From Octopus sinensis (Eukaryota): a stretch of 64,000 nt of DNA. The notes beneath the pieces are model-generated. The model was not told the DNA's origin. It worked only from the letters and a program-made list of their open reading frames with translations, and ran no database searches. The position numbers and the translations under genes were made by a program. Shown piece by piece: positions 11,670-24,880 of the stretch. Positions within the stretch are counted from its first letter, which is position 1; each line of letters opens with the position of its first letter. Where the stretch lies: positions 17,174,001 through 17,238,000 of the forward strand of contig NC_043004.1 in assembly GCF_006345805.1 (NCBI RefSeq), given 5' to 3'.

Positions 11670-11985
11670 TCTCTAAAACAAACTATTAGAGCTTGCACCG
11701 TTTTACTTTGGGGACAAAGCATGGTGAACGGGACGGTTATGAGACAAGTGTTGTCCCATGATTTGCTAGAATATAACGGATAAGGAGTGATTCAAGGCTG
11801 GATACTCTGTCTTGGTTTTTTATCCAAGTTTTCTATGTTCATGTTTCAAGCGTCTTCCTTCGTGCAACCGCTTTCAAACACCTCAGAATATCTCGGTAAA
11901 ACTCCTTATTGATCGCCTGACCATGTGAAATAATCTAATGAGAAGTGGCGCCTTTCTAATTTTCATAAAGTTTTTCATCAGCATC
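11670..11985 (-). pseudogene. Decayed mariner transposase fragment
   Basis: Minus strand reads GQAINKEFYRDILRCL...SLLIRYILANHGTTLV...FVPKVK, matching mariner catalytic-domain motifs. Confidence 0.6.
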
Positions 11986-12234
11986 CAAACACTCAAATAG
12001 TACCTGACTGTTTTTTTTTATTCATTTGTCAACAGACGCGCACAAATTTTGCCCCAACATGATACATGTCAACCTCGGCGGAATTTGAACTCAGAACGTA
12101 TAGCTGTTTTCTTTTAAATTAATGTGGTACGAAACTTTACCCATCTCTATTTCGTTAGAAACTGCTTAAACAGTCAGGTGGTGATTTTTACGGATCTAAG
12201 CAGGTATGTACTCAATATGAGTCTCATCGATTAA

Positions 12235-12447
12235 GTCGGCTAGCTGGCAGAATCGTTAGCACGCTGAGCAACAAGCTTAACGGCATTTCGTCCGGCTATA
12301 CGTTCTGAGTTCAAATTCTGCCAAGGTTGATTTTTGCCTTTCAACATTTCTGAGTTGATAAAATAAATACCAGTGGAACACTGGGGTCAGTTCAATCGAC
12401 TTTGCACTTTTCCCAAACCTGCTGGCCTTGAGTCAGAACTTGAAATC
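12235..12447 (+). mobile_element. SINE-A copy
   Basis: GCTGGCAGAATCGTTAGCACGC..GTTCTGAGTTCAAATTCTGCC. Confidence 0.8.
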
Positions 12448-13489
12448 AATATGATTGTAATCGATCGTGGTGAAAAGACGCCCAGATTTCAATCGACTTT
12501 GGTGAATGTTTCTCCTGATTTAAAACTCTGTTTCCACTCATCACATTACGTGCGTTTCAAACATCAGAAAGGTGTCCGTAAAAATTTTTCAGAATATCCA
12601 ACAACACTCCATCTAAACACTTCCATCTTTCAAGTCTTTCATTTTCCAGCTTGCAACAAATCACCAAGTGCACTCATCAAAACTGGTCACCTTAACATGC
12701 ATCGGTCGACGAATATCCGATCTGTCGTGATGTGATTACCATTATATCTAAGCTCGCCGTCTCCCATACTCGACGCACGCTGTTACGGCTGTTCGATGCA
12801 CAATTTCAAAAGTTCTCTCTTTTGGGGAAGACTTTATGCGAAATATTTCCTTCTTTGCAGACATATTAAGTAAATTAATGTACATCTTCTATAACGTGTG
12901 CATGCAGTTTCTGTGCATGTGGAGTAATTCATAGCCTCTATAATGCATGTGTCGTGTGTTGTTGGTGTATGCATGTTTGAGATGTATGCATTATATTTTT
13001 AAAATTGTAGTATCATGACGCTGAAAATATTGTAAAATAATGAGTTATATAATATATGACAGTACTGTGGCTTAGATGTTAATTTAATTCCAGCTAAGAT
13101 TGACGTCACCAATTTTTAGTAAAAATATGTTTTTATCATTTTAGTTGAAGCTTGTTCGTAAACGTATTAAATATCAGAAGTTTAGTTTATTTAAACAGTA
13201 ACGTTATTAGTTCTGAGAGAATAAATCTTCGACTTCTCTGTAAGTCAAACGGTTTGATCAGATATCTTTTTTTTAACGTCAAAGCAATAGTTACTTTATT
13301 TATTTATTTATTTATTTATATATAATATATGCGCTCGATTCGTATAAAACACACAAATATATACTTTATGCAGGTTTCATAAGTTTTATACCGTAAAATA
13401 AACGTTACATATTTTGAGGGGAACGAGCATGCCTGTTTTAATGAACTTGTACATATAGATAGATAGAGAGCGAGAGAGAGAGAGAGAGG

Positions 13490-13509
13490 TGGGGGAGAGA
13501 AAGAAAGAC

Positions 13510-13598
<89 letters not shown>

Positions 13599-13600
13599 TA
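13490..13600. repeat. (GATA)n microsatellite
   Basis: Direct reading. Confidence 0.95.
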
Positions 13601-14325
13601 CAGGGTGCAATGAGTAAATTTTTGCCATTTATATTTTTAATTTCGCACATGCGTCTTGTTTGTTTTTGATTTTGTTGACTACGTAGGGTCAGTCGGGCAC
13701 TGTCTGTGAGAAAAACAGCACCATGATGCAATTCACTCTACCAGAGATCTCGAAACGACATGTTGTACTGCTAGGTATTCGCGCCAGAAGCTCCAATACG
13801 AACATTTCAGAGTGTTTGAGTATCAATCTGTGGACAGTACATGTACCGAAAGTGATAAAAATCAAACATCCGGCCAACATCATGGTGTTTGGAGTGATCA
13901 CTAGTGATGGCGACGTTATGCCTTCATTCATCTTCCCACACGGCCTCAGACTCAACGCGGAGGCCTACATCAAGTGCCTGGAGAAGGTAGTGCCGCCCCG
14001 GGTCAACAAGGTGGTTGTTGGAAGACCCTATATCTGGCAACAGGACCCTGCACCATGCCACACAAGCAGAAGAGCACAGTCATGGTTGTCAGACAATTTC
14101 TGCAACCACATCACTCCTAACATCTGACCACCTAACTCCCCAGACTGCAATCCCCTTGATTATTATGTGTGGGGCGCAGTTGGGCGAGAGACCAAAGAAA
14201 CTCCTTGTAACACCAAATATGAACTGAGGGCAAGAATTAAGGCAGCATTCACCAACTTAAACAAGGAGACCATCCAGAAGAGTTGCAGGAGATTCTGAAG
14301 TCGTCTGGATGCCGTGGTTAAGTTA
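13601..14325 (+). mobile_element. Tc1/mariner DD37D (maT-type) element, internally deleted, 3' TIR missing
   Basis: TA|CAGGGTGCAATGAG start; KHPANIMVFGVITSDGDVMP, WQQD followed 37 residues later by D in PPNSPDCNPLDY (W mutated to stop); HTH start joins directly to the KHP motif, so the first catalytic D is lost. Confidence 0.85.
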
Positions 14326-14338
14326 ATGACTATATACA

Positions 14339-14546
14339 CGAGGGGTACTGACAAGTTCCTGACTTTGGGTAAAAGAAAATATAGGAGGATCAGTTAATTA
14401 TGATTTCATTCAACATATTCCCCTCTCATATTCACACACTTGCGGCAGTCTTCCAGTTTTTCTAATCCCTGTAGAACTCGAAAGGTTAGGCCTCCAGCCA
14501 AGCTTTTGGTGATATCATTAAAGTCAAGAAACTTTCAGCACCCTCG
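14339..14546 (-). mobile_element. 208-bp mariner-derived MITE
   Basis: Imperfect ~28-bp TIRs CGAGGGGTACTGACAAGTTCCTGACTTT / AAAGTCAAGAAACTTTCAGCACCCTCG followed by TA; carries the transposase C-terminus KCVNMRGEYVE* on minus. Confidence 0.8.
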
Positions 14547-14619
<73 letters not shown>

Positions 14620-14770
14620 TACATATTAATAATCAGCATAAAATACACAGTAATCCAACGGCCGAGTGTTTCGTATATTGGCATTAAATATACTTTCATA
14701 AGATAAGTTTGATAAGTGTCGATGCAAAACACTCTCAGCCGCTGAATCAATCTATACTTTCTACCGATTA

Positions 14771-15950
14771 CACCGGTTAACAAAGAATTCACCCCAAGAA
14801 AAAATATCTGTATCTTACACGTTTTAGTATGCAGAATTCAAAAGTAACGTTAAATTATCCGTATCACCCACAGTTTCTCTGTTCCACGACATCCCTCTCA
14901 GTTACTGTTACGTGGGCTAAATTTCAGTTAAGCTGTTGAAATGTGAAGCTAACGGTTTAAGAAATACTGCTAATTTAAATGTTTATGAATAGAAGTAGGC
15001 TAATGAAATCATAAATCTAGTTATATGAGTCAATTAGTCACCGAAGCTTGGCAAAATTGAGTCGATAAGTCACCGATGCTTTGTCAGTACTGTGCTTGAG
15101 GTGTAGACTCACGGTTGTGTACTAAGTTTACATATTCCATTCACCTTCATAACGCCAAGAAACTGTATAAACATCACAAAAAACGTTTGCTATATTTGCG
15201 GTGATGACTTAATATTAAAGTCACAAAGATGGCGTTTCACGCCATTGATTAAAAAGTGCTATGAACATAACTGCAAAGTGGGTGATCAGGATAAAAGCTG
15301 GGCTCTTCATGTGTGTTGCGTAACCTGTGTCAGGCTTCTCACTGCATGAACCAAAAGTCCACGCCATATGCCTTTTGCCTTCCTTATTATTTAGAGAGAG
15401 TCCAACGATCACACTTCAAATTACTAATTCTGCACGACGAATATACAAAGTATAACGTCAAAATCCAAGCATACTGTAAAATATTCTTATATACAATCTA
15501 CTGTGAGGCCAGTACTTCACAGTCAAAACTTACCTGTACCTGACCCTCAAAACAAATGACACTTAGTGACGACGAGTCAAGTGATGGAGATATGAAGAAA
15601 GAAAAAGAAGACACGGACTTTGAACCTAACTGTTCTTCATGTGAACCACATATGTTGAGTCAGGGAGATCTGAATGATCTTGTGCGGGATTTAAACTTGT
15701 TGAAAAAGCAAGTTGAACTTCTTGGTTCCAGGTTAAAGGGTTGGAACCTTCTCCGGAAAGAGACTAAAGTTATTTTTTATCGTGCTTGGCACTGTGATTT
15801 TACAATTTTTTCTCACTTGAGGATGGTATGGTGTTTTGTAATGATGTATATTCTGTTATGGAGGAACTTAACCACAAATATAGCACGAATGAGTGACGTT
15901 TCTTTATTGACTCCTCAAAAGTAAGCTTGAAATCAGTTTTACTCCCCAAT
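14771..15950 (+). mobile_element. Chapaev3-like (CMC superfamily) DNA transposon, 5' end and N-terminal transposase part
   Basis: TTA|CACCGGTTAACAAA terminus; decayed CYICG..KVGDQDKSWALHVCCVTCVRLL..MPFA..LNDLVRDLNL..ELLGSRLKGWNLL..FIDSSKVSLKSVLL; superfamily label from recalled motifs. Confidence 0.7.
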
Positions 15951-16725
15951 AGAGACTAACAATAATCAACCAACATAGAAGATCTCCACTTTCCTTGGTA
16001 GTGGGTTTCATGTTCAGAATGTCCTGGTGAAATCTCTCTCTGTGCTCGTCGCTGACACCCCCAAAATTTGCAGAAAAAAGTCCAAGTGAGAGTTTAAGAA
16101 GTGGATTTTTAGGCTCATATTGCACCCCAAGGCCTTGTATGATGTCAGTAGCGCTTTCACAATGTCAGAATAGTTCTCTCTGTTCCGTGATTTCCCACCA
16201 AACTCTCTGCAAACTTTCTTAAATGACAGCCACGCAGTTTTTACAAAACCATTCAGCTCTTTGTTAAACTTTTGGTCTCTCATCACCTCTCTAATCTGTG
16301 GCCCAACAAAAATATCTTCCTTGATTTTTGCGTCACTTACTCTTGTAAATTTAGTTTTCAAATTCATGAATCTCTTGCCAGTCCTACCCATACCTTTGAC
16401 GAAATTCTTCATCAACCCTATCTTAATATGCAAAGGAAACAGATAAATATTCTCAGAATCAACAAGGGGAGGATTGATGACATTCCTGTCCAGGAGTCAG
16501 AGACCGTTTCGGTCACGCAATCTTTTCGTAATGACTTTTCTTATCCCCACTGTCCCACTCACAGAGAAAATAACAAAACCTAGCGTAACCTAGCTGCATT
16601 TCAAGTAAAAGTGCCACAACCTTTAGGTCACCACACTTCCTCATAATTAATTTTTTGCAATGGAAGCTTCATGCTCTCGTATGTTTCCGTCATGTTAGCT
16701 GCATGGGCCAGAGGAACAGAGTAAC
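15950..16725 (-). pseudogene. Inverted C-terminal part of the same Chapaev-like transposase
   Basis: Minus strand YSVPLAHAANMTETYESMK..CGDLKVVALLLEMQLGYARFCYFLCEWDS..PLHIKIGLMKNFVK..SDAKIKEDIFVGPQIR..LGCNMSLKIHFLNSHLDFF..GVSDEHRERFHQDI..YQGKWRSSMLVDYC. Confidence 0.85.
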
Positions 16726-17560
16726 TCCTCCAGAAGATATAGAGTTAAAATTAAAAGAAGAGTGCCACTGTCATCTAGTGAACGATATTTCGACATCTTG
16801 TGTGTCTTCAACAGGTTCAAAAAATTGATCATGTTGTCTCCAAGTGCAGTCTTCTTGTGCCTACAGAGTATCTCAACAGGCATGATAGAGCTGCATAATA
16901 TATTCACTGGGTAATTTGCAAAAACCTGGACCTGCCCCATGATAGAAACTGGTGGGAACACAAACCACCTCCAGTGCTTGAAAATTATCACATCTCACTT
17001 CTCTGGAACCTCACCATTCAAACTGACAAAAGATAGATGCAAATAGGCCAGACATTATATTGAAAGACTTCAGCCAAAAATCATGCCTCCTCATTGCTAT
17101 GACTGTTCCAATCGATATAGATGTGTCTGTCAAGACCTACCAAAAACTGAGAAAGTACAAAGATCTTGAAATAGAAAATGGCAAAATGTGGAACCTAAAG
17201 ACTAAAACAATACTTGTTGTCATAGATACCCTAGAAATGATAGCAAAACGTACTGATTCCTACCTAACTCAGATACCGGAAACCCCAAACTGGCAGAAAT
17301 TTAAGAGAAATGCTCATGTGAACAGCCTATATCCTACGTAAAATACTGTCTATGTAATCTCAAATTTTAAAACAAACTCATAATTGTCTTATGTTTTCTT
17401 AAACATTCTCTAGCACAATACTTTTGTGCAAAACCAGATATATGACACCCTAGGCATAACACCGACAAGAACTTCTAACTTGTTGTCTCTTGATGTCTCT
17501 GGGTGAGACTTGGAGCAAACTTGTACAAATACAAAACAAATGTTAAACATATAATGATAT
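16726..17560 (+). mobile_element. 5'-truncated R4/Dong-like LINE: zinc-finger remnant, restriction-like endonuclease and 3' UTR
   Basis: IDHVVSKCSLLVPTEYLNRHDRAA*YIHW, IDANRPDIILKD, KTYQKLRKYKDLEIE..MWNLKTKT; 3' UTR TGTCTCTGGGTGAGACTTGG. Confidence 0.85.
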
Positions 17561-17625
17561 ATACGTATGTTGTTTATTATCCTGTTTGCATCACTAAACT
17601 CTATATATATATATACGCACACAAT

Positions 17626-17658
<33 letters not shown>

Positions 17659-17970
17659 GTGTGTGTATGTGTGTGTCTGTGTGTGTGTGTGTGTAATATG
17701 TATGTATGTATGTATATACATATGCACACACATACACTAACGGACGTTATATCATTTATACACCTAACGTGGATGTGAGTGAACATTGAATATTCTTCCA
17801 TTTATTCACTATTAAATATAAATCTCGATTAATTGTATTAGATATATTATATGACGCATAAACTGTGTAATTCGAATCTGCGTCAATTGGGAGCCAAACC
17901 CTTGTTGCAGACAGATCTGTGCAAGGTGCAACTTATATTTTAGTCCTCGGCACTCACTAATTGTGCACAA

Positions 17971-18441
<471 letters not shown>

Positions 18442-18456
18442 ATAATACATATTGAT

Positions 18457-18895
18457 TTCAAATTTTGGCACAGACCAGCAATTTCGGAGGAGATGATACG
18501 TCAATTTCATCGGCCACAATGCTCAACTGGTACTTATTTTTACCAACCCAACAAGGATGAAGGGTCGAGTTGTTATCGGAGGAACTTGAACTCAGAACGT
18601 AAAGTTGAATGAAATGCCACTAAGCATTCTTCCCGGCCAACGATTCTGCCAACCGGCAATCTAATTTATATACAGTATATATTGAATTCAAATTTTGGCA
18701 CAAAGCCAGTAACTTCGAGGTGGAGAGTATGTCGATTACATTGAACCCAGCTCCCAACTGGTAATTATTTTATTAATCTCAAAAGTATAAAAGCAAAGTT
18801 GACGTCGGCGGAATTTGAACTCAGAATGCAAAGACGGATAAAATGCTGCTAAGCATTTTTCCTGGCGTGGTAACAATTCTGCCAGCTCACCGCCT
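18457..18895 (-). mobile_element. Two adjacent SINE-A copies (18457-18657, 18685-18895)
   Basis: TTCAAATTTTGGCACA 3' ends, GGCGGAATTTGAACTCAGAA, CTGCCAGCTCACCGCC head. Confidence 0.8.
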
Positions 18896-18904
18896 CCTTT
18901 ATGT

Positions 18905-19495
18905 GCAATATATATTCTTTTCTACTCGAGGATCAAGGCCCGGCATTTTGGGGGAGGAGCCAGTCGATTAGATCAACCCCAGTACGCAACTGGTAGTAAA
19001 TTTATCGACCCCGAAAGGATGAAAGGCAAAGTCGACCTCAGGAGAATTGGAACTCAGAACATAACGGCAGACGAAATACCTATTTCTTTACTACCCACAA
19101 GGGGCTAAACACAGAGAGGACAAACAAGGACAGACAAACGGATTAAGTCGATTATATCGACCCCAGTGCGTAACTGGTACTTATTTAATCGACCCCGAAA
19201 GGATGAAAGGCAAAGTCGACCTTGACGGAATTTGAACTCAGAACGTAGCGCAGACGAAATACCTATTTCTTTACTACCCACAAGGAGCTAAACACAGAGG
19301 GGACAAACAAGGACAGACAAATGGATTAAGTCGATTATATCGACCCCAGTGCATAACTGGTACTTATTTAATCGACACCGAAAGGATGAAAGGCAAAGTC
19401 GACCTCGGTGGAATTTGAACTCAGAACGTAGCGGCAGACGAAATGCCGCTAAGCATTTCGCCCAGCGTGCTAACTTTTCTGCCAGCTCGCCGCCT
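18905..19495 (-). mobile_element. Head-to-tail SINE-A trimer (one head, 183-bp period)
   Basis: Junction GAAATACC|TATTTCTTTACTACCCACAAG at 19080/19081 and 19263/19264. Confidence 0.9.
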
Positions 19496-20051
19496 GGTGT
19501 ATAATATATATTAAGTGAAATAAAAGTCTCATATAGAAATAACTATTTGATGTTGCTTAATTGTCCACTACAGAAATATAGGTCATAATTTTATTAATAC
19601 ATTGCTGTTTACTTTCAGACTACTGAGATGATAAAACTAACGTTATATTCTTAATATTTGAATCAGCAATGAAGAAACAAATAAATTTATTTTTATAATA
19701 GTGTCTGTGTTTATTGCTGTAAGACTTTGGCCGGTGAGTCAAAATATTGCTATGTATACATGGAGTGCAAATATCAAACATAAATTTTTCGTGCAAAAAT
19801 ACAAGATCTAAAGAATGATAATTGAGGTCAATGGGAAAATGACACTTTCGGAAAGCGACCACATGGCTTATTTAGAAGACATTTACATATACAGAGCTTG
19901 TAACTAGACTGAAAGGAAATGTTGACAACTAATGGGGGTCAAAGAAAAACAACAGTAGAAACTGCTACAAAACTGAAGGAGTCTTGTGAAGCACTGCTCA
20001 CATTTAGTAAAGGAGAGGTTTATTTCTAGAACTGGGATTGAAAGAATCTTT

Positions 20052-20250
20052 TTATTCTTTAATTCTTTTATTCGTTTCAGTCATTTGACTGCGGCCATAC
20101 AAGAGCACCGCCTTTAGTTGAACAAATCGACCACAGGACTTATTCTTTGTAAGCCAAGTACATATTCTAACGGTCTGTTTTGCCGAACCGCTAGCCTACA
20201 GGGACGTAAACACACCAACATCGGTTGTCAAGTAATGGTGAGGGTAAAAC
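20052..20250 (-). mobile_element. SINE-B 3' half; its (TA)n tract hosts the Tc1 element and its 5' half is not found
   Basis: TTTCAGTCATTTGACTGCGGCC..AAACACACCAACATCGGTTGTCAAG. Confidence 0.8.
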
Positions 20251-20254
20251 ACAA

Positions 20255-20322
<68 letters not shown>

Positions 20323-20359
20323 CACACATATATATACATATATATATACATATATATAC

Positions 20360-20390
<31 letters not shown>

Positions 20391-20395
20391 ATATA

Positions 20396-20433
<38 letters not shown>

Positions 20434-20445
20434 TATATATATATA

Positions 20446-22078
20446 CAGTTGCAGCCAAAATGTTCAGAACGGCATTGTTTTCGTCAGAAAAGTAGATATA
20501 ATTTTTTAGCGAAGTTGTTTTATATTCTATAATTTTCACAGACGATAAATACAATATTATTTGTTATTGTCTGAGATTTTGGTGTAATTTGAGAGGATAA
20601 TACAAAAGTTATGGATGATTTAGTGATTTACTGCAAAACCCATGGTGGCCAAAATGATCAGAACGGTTGCTTTTACTCCGTGTTTTAGTATATTGAACCG
20701 ACGAACTCTAATGTTTTGAATTTGTTTACTTGACGGTTCGTTTACTAAACATTAGTAAGAATATCTGCAGTGTACTTTGTTTATATAATGTCACTTACTC
20801 CGTTACCAATTCGTCAGCAGATTATTAAGCTTCGAAAGAAGGATAATTTAAGTATTGGGTCTATTGCAAAGATTGTTAACAAGTCAAAAAGTGTTGTTCA
20901 TGGTATTCTTAAGGTCTACGATGATTGTGGTTCGTGTGAAGCAAGAAAGTCTACAGGTAGGCCAAGAAAAACGACCAAGAGAGAAGATTGTGTTATGGTA
21001 AATTTGGTTAAAAAGGACAGATTTAAAACTGCTGCTGCTGTTTCTCGGGAAATGAGCATTGTACTGAAGAAAACTTTATCTCGAAAAACTGTGTCTCGTC
21101 GTTTAGTTGAACATGACCTACAAGTAAGAGCACCTGCAGTGAAGCCACTGATCAGCTCCAAGAATAAAAAGTGTCGTCTTACCTTTGCAACCTAACATGT
21201 TTTGTGGTCTCAAGAAAAATGGCAAACGGTGCATTTCAGTGATGAATCTAAGACGATAGAAAGACGATTTAGTAAAACAATTTCATCGGCCAAAAGTAGG
21301 TGAAAAATTGTCGACTAAATTCCTTAAGACTAGTGTTAAATTCGGTGGAGGAAGTGTCATGGTTTGGGGGATGATATCTGGAGATGGTGTGGGCCCTGTG
21401 GTGCGATTACATGGAAAGTAAAATGCAGGAGTTTATAAACAACTTGTAAAAAGATCATGCCTTGCCTGTGCTGAGAAATTCAACTAAGCGACCACCCATA
21501 TTCATGCAGGACAATGCCCCATGTCACAAGGCTAAAGTGGTCATGAACTTCCTCAAGGCTGAAAAGGTTATTGTTATGGATTGGCCTGCTCAAAGCCCAG
21601 ATCTCAATCCTATTGAAAATGTGTGGAATATTCTAGGATGACGTTCGAAAGCCAGAAATCCTAAAACAACCGAGCAATTATGGAATGCCCATCAGGAAGA
21701 AAATTGAATAAGATCACCCAGTAAGAAATTGAAAATTTAATTTCATCATGCATTCAAAGATGTCAAAGTGTAATTGAAGCTAAAGGGCTTCACGCTAAAT
21801 ATTAAATAATTCCAGTATTCTCTGTCATTTTTGATTATTTTGTTATTTTTTCAACCATTCTGATCATTTTGGCCGACATGGGTTTTTGCAGTAAATCCCT
21901 AAATCATCCATAACTTTTGTATTATCCTCTCAAATTACACCAGAATTTCAGACAATAACAAACAATATTATATTTATTGTCTGTGAAAATTATAGAATAT
22001 AAAACAACTTTGATTTAAAAAATTGTACCTACTTTTCTGACGAAAACAATGCCGTTCTGAACATTTTGGCCGCAACTG
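20446..22078 (+). mobile_element. Full-length (1633 bp) Tc1-family transposon with ~225-bp IR/DR-type TIRs, TA flanks
   Basis: TA|CAGTTGCAGCCAAAATGTTCAGAACGG ... CCGTTCTGAACATTTTGGCCGCAACTG|TA; inner direct repeat GGCCAAAATGATCAGAACGG. Confidence 0.95.
20788..21805 (+). pseudogene. Tc1 DD34E transposase with stops and frameshifts
   Basis: Paired-like HTH, GRPRKT, HFSDESK, VKFGGGSVMVWG, FMQDNAPCH; 34 residues from D to E in WPAQSPDLNPIE. Confidence 0.93.
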
Positions 22079-22329
22079 TATATATACATATGTCCAAAAT
22101 CTAATGAGTTATCGACTTGACTCCCGACAATAGGATCTTTAGACTTTCAGCTTTTCAAGCACAATAGCGCTTGTTACCTTACCTTTCCAGCTTCTCCAGT
22201 ATAATCAGTGAAAGATCCACCACTGAAAATACTTTAATACTGTACATTTTCACAAGTTATAAACAGGTTCGAAACTGAATTAACTCTGTAAACTTGTCTG
22301 CAAATAAATAACATACTCTGCTTCTTCAA

Positions 22330-24130
22330 GTATTGAGTACTTTATTCTGTAATATAAGCCTTTCTTCAAAAACAAACACACAACCACTCCAGTATCCAGC
22401 ACTATACTTACATATTCTATAATGCAGAAACAGCAAATTATGAACAAAAACAACCATTCCTCTAGAAAAATTTATATGAAATGTATTAAACATGAAACTT
22501 TCAGCTTCATTAAAAGACTCGGACGGCACGCCTACTTTTCCGACAAAGAGGGAGAGAACCAAATTAAACAGTATTATATATGGATTCAAATCCTATATAA
22601 AGCCTAAGGTAAATTTTTAATTCCGTTTGAAGGAGATCTGGTTTCCTTAATTAGTAGTTTAAAGTTACTAAGTACCATGTTAGGAATGAAATAAAATACA
22701 AAATATTTTCAAACATTTCGCATAACACCAGTTACGATCACAAATTTCTCTCAGAAATTAGTATTATCTATTAGAAAATCAATTAGGACACGTTGAATTT
22801 CATCATCAACAACCAGAAAACAACGTTAGGCTTTCACATAGATGACGGAGCATAACTGATCCTGCCAAAAACTACTGAACTTCACGTTTCAGTATCATGG
22901 CCTACCTTTGGCAATAAGCCAACCATGCAACATATCAACTTTACGAAGATTGACATGGAAATTATTAGTACTCATATATTAGATAAAATTGTTCCAAAAC
23001 TCAAGGAGATATCACACTGGAGGCGTTGGAATAATACAATTAATGTCATAGAGAGATTTTCCCGCAACCAGATATTAGTGATTACTTAGTTACTTCCGTT
23101 TTCAGTTGAGTGATATCGATTAATAACTTCATTGACGAATTAATGATTGTACACGTCCGAAAAATACTGGTGAACCACGTTAGCTCTAACTAGATTTAAA
23201 AGCAATCAGGCATCCTTTTCGATGTTAGTATCACCTCAGCTGATTCAACGGAGGTCAGTGATTTAATAGGCTTCTAGTTATAATCAAACCTATAAATGCT
23301 CAATTTCCAACGATTGTAAAAGGACTGTATAGAGACGACGGACTTCTATTATTCACATGAAACAGAGATATATGAAAGAAAAAAAACTACACACTTTGTT
23401 TTCAAAGTTTGAGACGTTCTATCCGCATTAAAACAAAGTGTTAGCTTCCAGGACGCCATCCTTGATTTTACAATCTTTATGCACTACTTGTCTCATGAGT
23501 CGAATGAAACAATAATTTGCATTGCATTAATTTATATCCACAAATAATCCAACCATCTGAAAAAACCTTTTCAACAATTTACAGATATTTCACATATACT
23601 TTCAGACTTCTCTGTAAAAAAGCAAATAATCACAGATATATCTACATATTCAATAGCACTGTCATACCTAGGCTCCTGTATGTAAGTGAGACGTGAGTTG
23701 CTACGAAGAAAGAATATAGATTGAGTACAAAACAAAGAGCCATGGAAAAAAATCTATACTAGGAATTTCATTGTGAGAACAAATCCCAAATAAGGTGATT
23801 TGAGAACGAAATGAAAGGAACGATGTGTTTGCAGAATACTGAAAGCACAAATTCTACTGGGTTGAGCATGTCACAAAGTTCAAAAACAACAGGTGGATTT
23901 GTGCAGTTATTTAGTGACAACCAATAGGCTACTCGGAAGGCCTCCACGACGATAGAAAGACGATTTAGTAAAACAATTTGGGTAAGATAGAAAAGAAGCG
24001 TTCAATCAACAAAAATTTGAAGCGCCTTGTGACCAGTGGTGTGTAACAAACAACCGTTATTCTGATCAATACAGTGATACAATGGTATAAAGAGACTAAT
24101 GAAGCTTTGTTGTGAAGCAGGTTTGCAGAA
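22330..24130 (+). mobile_element. Highly decayed Penelope-like element (RT plus GIY-YIG)
   Basis: FIKRLGRHAYF, YGFKS, FEGDLVSLI, PTFGNKPT, ILDKI..WNNTINVIERF, FDVSITSADSTEVSDLIG, LYRDDGL (~23325-23345), IGYSEG..FSKTIW. Confidence 0.8.
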
Positions 24131-24606
24131 ACTAATACATAGAAGAACCACCTAGAAAAGCCAATGTTAGCATTTGAAATAGCAGTAAAAATATTAGCAG
24201 GTTTAATGCCTTATTTAACTTCAAAATAAAAACACAAATAACCAAAATCTTCATTTTAAGAAATAGTTCATATCGCCACATAAATATAACCGAATTTTCC
24301 GCAGAATAACAATTTAGCTTTTTTCCTTCACCATGAAAGTTAGTCTGATTATCTGAAGACAAGAACATGGCTGTGGGCACAAGTTTTTGTCGCTTCAGAC
24401 AACCAGTCAGTCTTTTCCTTTATGACCTCTCGATTTTGAAAGATTTGAAGATTCTTTAAACTTGATATTATCTCCCTTTCTCATTTGGAATTGGTGCCAA
24501 TTGTTCCTAGAGATTGGTCTACGCTTTCTGGAAACAGATAATCTCAACAAATCAAAAATTTACCTTGTATGTTACTTAATATACACTTATACGATTGTTG
24601 TTTAAG

Positions 24607-24755
<149 letters not shown>

Positions 24756-24769
24756 TTATACAAAAACCT

Positions 24770-24880
24770 GGAACGCAACACTACAAAGCTCTCCAGCTAC
24801 ATCTGGGATATAAAAGAGGGGGTCCACCCTCGAGCCCATCAACTAGAACATCCTAAAAATGCACTAACTACTACACACAA
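24770..24880 (+). pseudogene. Short Penelope GIY-YIG C-terminal fragment
   Basis: TTKLSSYIWDIKE resembles the T.LS.YIW.LK motif. Confidence 0.45.

Noticed and set aside
12450-12850. Complex, non-repetitive segment overlapping track ORF 12373-12735
   Set aside because: The ORF begins inside a SINE and shows no recognisable domain or clear splice signals.
18905-19495. Regularly spaced repeats that could suggest a CRISPR-like array
   Set aside because: Units are whole SINE bodies without unique spacers; eukaryotic context, no cas genes.
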